From assembly GCA_003427395.1 (NCBI GenBank), contig BFEA01000004.1:2709322-2773321 (forward strand): a DNA stretch of 64,000 bases. The letters run 5' to 3'. Numbering within the stretch: position 1 is the stretch's first letter; the number at the start of each line of letters is the position of its first letter. Shown in pieces: positions 1-9,000 of this stretch. A model generated the notes under the pieces. That model did no database searches. It was not told where the DNA came from and saw only the letters and a program-made list of their open reading frames with translations. The translations under genes and the position numbers were made by a program. The stretch comes from Chara braunii (lineage: Eukaryota; Plantae; Charophyceae).

Positions 1-249
1 CACGTGCACCAAGACCAGCCACCCATCCGTGGCTTTTCGCCAGGGGATGGCTACAGGAAGGACTTGTCACGGGTCTTGCCCGAAACGACGGTGTCCTTTC
101 CTCCGCTGGCAAGAATATGAAAACAAATCCGAAAAAAAAATAAAAATGTAAATATAAACACGACATAAATTTGAATAAACTATCAAAAAATCTCCCTCTC
201 TCTCTCTCTCTCTACCCCGTGCGCATCATCCGCCTCGCGCTGCAACCGC

Positions 250-284
<35 letters not shown>

Positions 285-785
285 CCCCGTGCGCATTAGC
301 CGCCTCGTGCTGCTCGCTTTGTGCACGGTTTCCAACTGCGCCCGACCGCCATCCGCCATCCGCCAACTGCCTGCCCCGTTGGGCCTCTGCACCGTTTCGC
401 TGCTGCCCGCTCCCTGCCTGCCCCGCGTTGCACCGTTTCGCTGCCGCCCGCTCCCTGCCGGCCCCGTTCGGCCTCCGCACTGGTTCGCCTGCTCGGTACC
501 TCTGTGCACAGGCCCTGGGCCCATTTTTTACTTTCCCAACACTGGCAGCGTGTCTTGCATGGGACGATCACGCGAGATTCGCCTGCCCGGTACCTCTGTG
601 CACGGGCCCTGGGCCCATTTTTTACTTTCCCAACACTGGCAGTGTGTCTTGCATGGGACGATCACGCGAGACCCGCTATTTCCTTTAGAGTATTCGAGAT
701 ATACAATGTGCACCAACGCGCCCGGTACGTTGGTGCACGTGCCCCGTACGTGGGTGCACGTTGTATTCGTATACAACGTACGTTT
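1..785. mobile_element. Probable TIR element with GTGCAC subterminal motifs, left end outside the window; contains several tandem duplications
   Basis: CACGTGCACCAA (1-12) is inverted at 730-741; 94-bp tandem duplication 484-671; shorter duplications and (CT)n at 193-460; hairpins at 708-738 and 758-780. Confidence 0.45.
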
Positions 786-1003
786 TTTTGAAGGAGTGAG
801 GTTGCCTGTCGCACGCTTGGGGCTGCCCGTGGCCCTTGCCCTAGACTGCTCGTGGCCGTTAGCCGGGTGTATCCCTGAGCTACTAAAGCCCCGGGCTTAC
901 ACAACCTCCCCACGATGTGGGCCTTATGTCCAAGTATGTGTGGTCTTCATGTCCAGGACACATCCACGGGGAGCGTGCCTGCTTGTGTCAAAAGTGAAGC
1001 GGA

Positions 1004-1094
1004 GTCCTTCGGGAAGGATACGGAGAAGATTAGCAAGGCCCCTGCGCAAGGATGACACGCATAAATCGAGAAATGGTCCAAAAAAAAAAAAAAA
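1004..1094 (+). pseudogene. U6: Retroposed U6 snRNA copy 1 (internal deletion, poly(A) tail, TSD)
   Basis: GATACGGAGAAGATTAGCAAGGCCCCTGCGCAAGGATGACACGCATAAATCGAGAAATGGTCC matches plant U6; A15 tail at 1080-1094; flanking direct repeat AGTGAAGCGGAG (993-1004) / AGTGAATCGGAG (1096-1107). Confidence 0.93.
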
Positions 1095-1127
1095 GAGTGA
1101 ATCGGAGAAACTGGACTCAACTACCCC

Positions 1128-1164
1128 GGATGCTGGACTTGAACCCGGAACCTCGCGCATGCAA
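1128..1164 (-). pseudogene. tRNA-Ala(TGC)-like 3-prime half (tRNA pseudogene or SINE-head fragment)
   Basis: Minus strand TTGCATGCGCGAGGTTCCGGGTTCAAGTCCAGCATCC: TGC anticodon loop, variable loop, B-box and acceptor 3-prime strand; no recognisable D-arm. Confidence 0.6.
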
Positions 1165-1694
1165 TTTGCATAATTCGCCCAACGCGCTGGCACGTTGGCA
1201 GCTCGCATACCCTATCGCACGAGGCCGGACGACGCTGCAGAGGAGCAAGACAAGATCACCTTGTACCGCGATGCAGGGGGGCGAAACGAAACGAAGCGGA
1301 AAAGAGAACTTCTATGCGATAAGACGTACAGCAGTTGTTTCCCGGGGTTGCGTCCGCCACCGAAAAGGATTACGCTCTTCGTGAAAGCAGTGGCGAATAC
1401 AGCACGGCGGAAGGGAGATTGGGAAGCATGCGCGCGCTGTGGTGGAATGCGGGTCGGGTTTGAACGGAGGCGAGAGAAGGCACTTCTGAAAGTGAAGTGT
1501 CGCGAGGTAGGGTGGCGGCGATTGCCGTTGATTGTCCGGCGTCAGGCGCATGATTAGTCGGTTGGTGAGAAGCGGGATCGGAAAGGAGGGGCAAAGTAAG
1601 TAAGTTTTTTCGAGGGGTCAGTATCAACCATTGGCTGCTCGGAAAGGAGGAAGGAGAGAGGAGCTCGCGAGGCAGAGCTGGGGCAAGGAAGAAG

Positions 1695-2582
1695 ATGTCG
1701 CGCGTGTACGTGGGAAATTTAGACCAGCGAGTAACGGAAAGAGAGCTTGAAGACGAGTTTCGAAGTTTCGGTGTGCTGAGGAGTGTGTGGGTGGCTCGAA
1801 AACCCCCTGGATTTGCATTTATAGAGTTCGATGACCCGCGAGATGCGGATGATGCGATACGGGCGCTGGATAACAAAAACGGATGGAGAGTAGAGCTATC
1901 CAGGAGCTCGGGGGGGGGAGGGGGGGGGCCAAGAGGAAGGGGGGGTGATGACATGAGATGTTACGAGTGCGGGGAACCGGGGCATTTTGCGAGGGAGTGC
2001 AGGCTGCGGATCGGAGGAGATGGCAGAGGAGGAATAGGAGGGGGAGGAGGGGGTCGAGGCCGTAGTCGGAGTCCGAAATATCGACGTAGTCCGAGCTATG
2101 GAGGGGCTGGAAGAAGACGGCGGTCTCGAAGTCCCAGCTACGGTCGATACGGAGGTGGTCCGCCTCTTGGCGGCGGCGCCGCCGCCATGGGTGCCCCCCC
2201 TGCAGCTTTTGGTGGAGGGGTCGGATTTAGGGGTAGAAGTCCGATTTTCGAGAGACGAAAACCGAGTAGAAGTCCAAGCTTTGGGAGGAGGCGACACAGC
2301 AGAAGTGCCAGTCTCGTAAGGAGTCGAAGCAGGAGCCGCAGTCCTCCTATGCGAGTAGATGTTCCTCGAGAGGACTTCAATGGAAATGGCTTTGATAGGG
2401 ATCGCAGTCCTCCTCGACGCGGTCTGAGTCCAGTAAGGAGAAGGAGCCTCTCCCCTCCACCACCTCGTCGGAATCGCAGCTTCAGTCGTTCTCCGCCCAT
2501 ACGCAGAGATAGACGCGTGTCACCATTGCTGAACGGCAGTCCTGTCCGTGATCGTCGTCGCAGCCGTAGTCGCAGTCCCTGA
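1695..2582 (+). CDS. RSZ: RSZ-subfamily serine/arginine-rich splicing factor (RRM + CCHC zinc knuckle + RS domain), RSZ21/RSZ22-like; CDS uninterrupted
   Basis: MSRVYVGNLD (RNP2), ARKPPGFAFIEFDDPRDADDA (RNP1), KNGWRVELS, zinc knuckle CYECGEPGHFARECR and a long RS/SP tail; 295 aa ATG to TGA. Confidence 0.96.
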   Translation: MSRVYVGNLDQRVTERELEDEFRSFGVLRSVWVARKPPGFAFIEFDDPRDADDAIRALDNKNGWRVELSRSSGGGGGGPRGRGGDDMRCYECGEPGHFARECRLRIGGDGRGGIGGGGGGRGRSRSPKYRRSPSYGGAGRRRRSRSPSYGRYGGGPPLGGGAAAMGAPPAAFGGGVGFRGRSPIFERRKPSRSPSFGRRRHSRSASLVRSRSRSRSPPMRVDVPREDFNGNGFDRDRSPPRRGLSPVRRRSLSPPPPRRNRSFSRSPPIRRDRRVSPLLNGSPVRDRRRSRSRSP

Positions 2583-5179
2583 CTGCTGAGGCTGTCGCCT
2601 CTTCCTCTTGTCTAAGTGGGTTGCCAGCTAACTATCTCTGTCTCTCCTCCCTGCCTCCCGCCCTCTCTCTCTCTCTCTCCCTCCCTCTCTCTTTCTTTTT
2701 CCCCCCCCCGCGCGATCTGTTTCTCTCCAGCCTTTCTCTTTTCTCGCATTCGATTCTCGCGACTCGGTCGTTTTTCGCCCCATCTCTTATCTGCCGTTCT
2801 CTGAGCGTGTAAGTGACTTGGAAGGTCGTGAGGACGACTGTGACTTTGCTCGGAGGTTTCCCTCTGCAACCCCCCTGTCCATCTCTTCGTCTCTCTGTCC
2901 TCCTCCCTTTCTGCCTCCTTTCTACAGTTAACCAGTGTAATAATTACTAGCAATCAGGTTGTTCATGTTGCATCTGGATGAGACGCAAGAGGCATGGACT
3001 AGACGTGAACGGTGACTTCGTTGCACGTACGTCGTCTATCCGGCAATATTGCGTGGCGGCTGGCCGTGAGAAGGTAGAGAGGCGGCTGGCCGGGAGGGAA
3101 AGAAAAGGACGAGTAGGGAGGGATGATCCAGAAGAAAAGGGCAAAGAATGGAGATAGAGGATGTTCCTCCGGCGGCGGCATTGATTAATGGTGTGATTGG
3201 GAGGAGGGGGAAGATGCGCATAAGTGGGCAGCGCTTATGTCTCGGGTCGACAGATACATGTGCGTTTGGAATGGAGCTGCGAAGCTGCGCGGCGTAGAAG
3301 GGGGAGAGAGGGAGCGGCGAATCTGCGACGTGAAGACTGCGGAATTCTGGTCGTTTAGCGAAGGGGGAACAAGATTGTAGCAGCGACGGAGAAAGGGTGA
3401 GGAAGGGTTGGGGGGATTTAGACTACACGGTCGAGGTTTTGGTCGAGTAGGGGTGTTGGTTTTGCTGTCATGGTGTCCACCGTCACGGCATTAAGGTGGG
3501 AACAGAGGCCAAGAAGTCGTTTGGATTAGAGACAGTGAAGAGCGGAGAATAGTCTAAAGCCAAGGTGGACGTTTTGGCCATTGAGAAGAGAAGGAGAGAA
3601 TTCAAAGATTAAGACATCGAGCTCCGGAGCGCAATCGTTGTTGTTTTTCAAGTAATGGCGTGATGGATGGATGGACATTTGTTCGCCTGAGGCGCAGCCC
3701 GTCGAATTATGTCGATTTACGGAATAGTTCTATCTAATGCTGGCTTTTTTTTTGTGGGATAGGGAATTGTGCATGGGACGATGGGGAAAGAAAACGGGAA
3801 GGGGTGGTTTGAGGACGAGGGAGGAGCGGAGATGCATTCATTCCTTCTCTGCACTATTCTCGGGGAATAGCACACATGTCATCATGTCAAGGATAGAGCG
3901 CCATCGGGTGTTAACCGCTACGGCCGCCTCACAGCAGGAAGATGCGAAGTCGCCTCCTCCCTCTGCTGGAGTGATAAGTTCCTTTACCGGGAGCCCTCCC
4001 CTATGCGCGTGTATCGTTTGACCTTTTTTCATTGTTTTTTTTTCTTTCTTCCTCCCCCTGCCCCCTTCTCCTCCCCCCCCCTTTTTTAACCCTCCCCTCT
4101 CCCTTTTTTTCCCGTTTCTCCCCTGCTGTTGTCCTTCCCCGTGCACCCCACCCGGCCCGCACATTACATCTTAGCTGGCCCTAGTTTTTCTTCACGTGTC
4201 TCCCTACGCTCTATTTGTCCTTGCATATGCCACGTCATATCTCCCTTAGTCCTTCCCATGTCCTATATCCTAATCGAGTTGATGCCCCTACTCGCGAGAG
4301 TCGCGCCGCCTTTCCTCGTCTGTCTCTTGTCCGACAATCCCTTGCCTTGCCCTCTCCGCTAGATATATATCCCGTGCCTTTGTCTCTGCAGTGGATATAT
4401 ATATATATATATATAATGTGACAACATATATACAAGTGTATGTATATCCCCTCCTTCCCTCGGCTGGGATGGACCCCTCGGTTGATCGGCACGCTTTGTT
4501 CTGTCCAATCAATATCTCATTCCTTCTTCAATGGTGTTATGTTTGGCGATCCCTTGCCGTTTGCCCCTAACGAAGGCGATACGACGATGTTGTTGTTTTT
4601 GTATGATTAATGAGCATTCCCCTGCCGCTACTGCTGCCGATGAAGATGGCTGTGAATGGTGGTGATGGTGATGATGACAATGATGATGGTAGTGATAGTG
4701 ACATAGAAAAAGTGCGTGAAATGGATCGTGGACCTTGGAAGGCGAGGGCGGTGCAACGCTGTTTCTTTTTCGGCTTTTTGTCTCATTCAATTTTGTGAGG
4801 ACAGATAGACTATGCAGCTGAGGCGTGCACTTTATTGGCCTCTGCATGTTGACCTGTCTGGTTTATACGTCTTTTTTTTTTTTTTTAAATGGCTTTTTCT
4901 TTTGGACCTTTGTTTCCGAAAAGCAATTTGTAGCACACCACTGTCGTGTTTTTACTCTTGTCAGTGCTGTTTCGCTCCAGTGCTTGTCGAAGTGTGAACT
5001 TAGGTCAATTCGCCGAAAGGTCTTGCGGACGGCCATTCTTGACGTTATGGCGGCCAGGAAGCGCGCATCGAGCTGGTCTGTGAATCTTCACCACGCGCTT
5101 CTCCTAAAAGGAGATTTCCGAAGTCTTGAACTGGTTTGCGTTTCTGTTGGACGGGAGCGGGGAGAGATATTGGGGAAGT

Positions 5180-5412
5180 GAAATGTTGACAATCTTTTTT
5201 TTTGTCCATTTACTGCTCCCTCTCTTTCCACTGAAGGGTTCTCTCGAATAATCTTTACGTTCCCCGCCTTTAACTTCTCTTGTCGCGGAGGAGGGAGTGG
5301 AAAAGTGAAATGGTGACAATCTTTTTCGTCCATGTACTCCTCCCTCGTTTGTTTCCACTGAAGGGTTGACCCCTCCCCCCGACCCTTACGTTCCCTGTCT
5401 TTAACGTTTCTC
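5180..5412. repeat. Diverged ~125-bp direct duplication
   Basis: GAAATG.TGACAATCTTTTT..GTCCAT.TACT..TTTCCACTGAAGGGTT occurs twice. Confidence 0.8.
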
Positions 5413-7729
5413 ACTTGTCGTTTGCCTGGTGTATTCCCTTCGTCTCCTTTAGCGTCTTGCTGTCCCCACTTCCTTTCGTTTCCGTCTCGCCTATTCCGAT
5501 ATTGCTATTTCACGCTGCTTATCGTTTGGGTCGTTCCATTTCTCTCATTTCCTCTGTTTCTTTCATCCAGCTTTGGCGCCTATTCTGTCTGTATTTGTCG
5601 CGTAATCTTTTTTTTTTTTGTTGCCAGTGACTTTCCCGGACGGTCTTTTCAGCTTTTGCTATTTCGTTCTTCTATCTATTTGTCTAGACCGTTTCTTTTT
5701 CCTTGCTCTGTCTCTGAGAGTCGCTCATTTTTTTTTTCTTTTTATTACACCGTGTATTTGTCTGGCTTTGCCCATCGTTGCTCGGTTTCAATCATGTCCG
5801 TCTGTCTGTGTCTGTCTCTCTCTCCCCCCGCCGGTTCATTTCTCGTGCCGCGTGTCATGTCTCGCTTCACTCTCCCTCCCTCTCCTCTCCGCTCTTACAC
5901 TCCCGGTCTTCCATCTTTCCGTAATTGCCCCCCCCCCCCCCCCCCTCCCTTTCCTGAGGTAGGTCTTAATGTTCCCTTTGTTCCTAGTTTCATCGCATTG
6001 CTCCTCTCCTGCTGCAGTGGTTGAATGTTGTGTTCTTCACTCGGAGATGGCACGTTTGAGGTAAATCTTCACCCCCTTCGAAAGCACGTCAGTGAATGTG
6101 GATGTGGTTACTCATTTGGAGAAACTGAAGTGTCGAAGTCCAGGAAATAAAAATGTGTGGTGTGGTTGCTCACTGGCAAACTGTTGTCGTTGTTATGGGC
6201 TTTTTTGAACTGCTTGGTTTTTGTGTGATGGATGGTTTTGGGAAGTTGAAACGTTGAGATTCTTACACTAGGTCGCTCGCTTCTCTTTGTTTGTGTGACA
6301 CCCTCCCACTGTATAACTCGAGAGAAAGAGAAATAACGTCGTCGTCCTCTGCTAATCGGCACGGCCCAGCTTCGTTGTTACTTCCCAGTCGTCTTCTTCT
6401 TCCTCGTCGTCGTCTTCTACATTTTCGACCGCTGGTCGTCTGCTCTTCGTTCGTCGTCTTCTTTGATGATGATGGTGATGGTTGTTAGTTTGGATATGGA
6501 AAGGGAAGGACCAGCAGCGATCTACACCACTTTCTTCACGGTCTGCGGCTCCTCTCTTCCCAGGAGCAGCTCTAAAGGGCTAACGTTGTCCCTTTTGCCC
6601 TGTATTCATCATCATCATTATCGTCATCATCAGTTGATTCGAATTATTTTGCGTGTCTCATCGATGCGATTTCGGAATGGGCTAAAGAGGTGCGCGCGAC
6701 GTCTGCCTGCGACCGACTTCGCGGGACCTCCTCCGTTTCGCACACACCTTGAAAACTCCAGACCGGTGCGTTTTTCGTTGATGTTGTCAGCGTTGGTTAT
6801 GTTCCTGGTCGAAATATCGGCTGAACTTGTCTGCATTTCCTCTACTTGGTTCAAGAAGGGTTGGGGGGGGGGGGGTTAGCAAGCGGCGGAGGGTGCGGAA
6901 GGGGCGCGGGGACAGAGGGGCCATAGAGGATGTAGGCGACGGTGGACGGGCGACAGAGTGGAAAATGAGGGGAGGTGGAGGGATGGGGAAAACATAAAGA
7001 GCACTGGGGTCAATGCCCGACGTGTTATCTTCGGTCTGAGGTTAGGTGGAGGGATTAGGAGGAGGGCAGAGCACGGGGACCAGAAGGAGCTGATGGGGGG
7101 AGGGAGAATCGCCTCTTCCTCGTGGCTGGGTTTTGCTTGTTTGCCTGCTTTCCGCCTGAGGAGGTGCGCACATCTATCTACCTTTTCGCGGCTGAGCATC
7201 GGTCGAGGTTACCACTTGCCCCAGCTGCTTGTGCTGTTCTCCGTCGTCTGATGCTCTGCTCGGCCGAAATAATCACCACCGCTTTTTTCTGCCTTCGTCG
7301 CGCTTCGTGGCCTGCTCGTCTCGTCCGTCTTCTTCTAATTATTCTTCATCTGTCGTCGTGGTTCGCACACGTATTCGTCTTTTGTTCCTCTTGTTATTGC
7401 CGTGAGCTTCTTCGACTTTATCACAGCCGGCCGAGATAACTGGTGTGATATTTGAATTAGGATTTCACGCACGTCGAATGCTATGTTCGGTCGCTGCGCG
7501 CCTGCGTCGAACAACGGCGCCATGTTGTCCGTGCCGTTCGCCCGCCCAAACTACAAAGAGGTCGTGGTCGCTCGTCTGCAAAGGGCGACGGGGTGTGGAT
7601 GGACGGGCCTACGTCGCTTCCTACGTCGCTTCGCTTTCCTGCGTAACACGGAACGTCGTTGCTCATCTGCTTCTAAAGCGAAAGACGGGAGGCGAGTTGA
7701 CAAAATGACTGGTCTAATCGATGTGTGAC

Positions 7730-7922
7730 AAATTGCGTCGCCCTATTTGAGCGACGGTGCTAATCTTCGTCTTCTGCTTGTAAAGTGAAACTCGCCCTAT
7801 TGGAGCGACGGTGCTAATCTTCGTCTTCTGCTTGTAAATTGAAAAAGACCAAAGAGTTTTTGATAAAATGATTGTGTTTTGATCGACGTGGGGAGAATTG
7901 CGTCGCCCTATTCGAGCGACGG
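7730..7922. repeat. Short direct repeats (2 full + 1 partial)
   Basis: TCGCCCTATT.GAGCGACGG(TGCTAATCTTCGTCTTCTGCTTGTAAA). Confidence 0.85.
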
Positions 7923-8869
7923 CTTGTCCGTCGTGCTTCTTATTCTGGACGGAAGAAGGAAACGATACCTTTTCTGCATGCAATGAATGATGTCCTCGGA
8001 CCAATTGGATGGATGGATTTTGTATCCTCTGGTCTTGGTTGGACAAGAGGGCACTGTGCGAAATGCTTTCTTGTTTTTGTCGATGGGATGATGCTCTGTT
8101 AGTTTTCCCCGCTTAACGTTCGTCGTGACTGATCGCGCACGACTTCTTCTCTCCATCCTCCTGAACGCTAAATCCCTTCTGCTCTGCTGGAGTCAGCTCT
8201 TCTCTCCTTTGTTACATCGTTTTGCGCAGATTACGCCCTTTCCGGACTAGATGCATGCATGATCGTGACGAGCGGTGTATTTTGAGTCATTGTCGTAGAC
8301 ATGGGTGACGTTGTTGCTCCTCTCCTCCGCTTCGCTAGTCATCCGTCCCGCGTTGTCGGTGTCGTGAGATGCCAGATCACTCGTGTGGGGTTTTGCTTTG
8401 CACGGCTATGACCACCGCGCGCCGTTATTGATCTCCTCGACGCTTTTCTTGTCGCAGATGTCAGTATGTTTCTCGCAGTTTTGGGATGTGTTCATTTCTT
8501 CTCTTGATACCGTCGCGGCTCTCCGTTGCTAATCGCCACGATTCTTTTCTTCCGCCGATGCCAAAGTGTTTCTCGTCTTTGTCTGATGGATTGCTTGCGT
8601 CCGTCGATATCTCGGAACAGAAGTTCTTTTAGATTAGTCCTTCGCACGTCCTCCTCTCTCCTAGGCAGTGAAAACAGACTTCGCCGGTTTGGGCGGGGTG
8701 ACAGTCCCGACTTAGTAGTCGTGAGTAGTCGCAGGTACCAACGCTGTTCAGTCGCCCTTTTGGGCACAGGGAGTAAATGCCCGCGCAGTTACTCATGTTG
8801 AGCGCGCCTAGATACCCCATGTTGAGCGCGCAGAGAGATCGAATGAATCGAAATTCTTGTATTTATATG

Positions 8870-9000
8870 TATTCATCTATGGCCGAAGGTAATATTTATT
8901 CATTTATGACCGAAGGTAATATTTATTCATCTATGACCCAAGGTAATGTTTATTCATCTATGACGGCAGGTAATATTTATTCACGTATGACCGAAGGTAA
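8870..9000 (+). repeat. 27-bp minisatellite, ~5 units
   Basis: TATTCATCTATGACCGAAGGTAATATT and variants in tandem. Confidence 0.92.

Noticed and set aside
905-922. USE-like CCCACATCG as a U6 promoter
   Set aside because: Reverse orientation, no TATA at the expected spacing, and it lies outside a TSD-bounded insert
289-1173. 294-aa ORF
   Set aside because: Runs through tandem duplications, the U6 retrocopy and its poly(A); no domain signature
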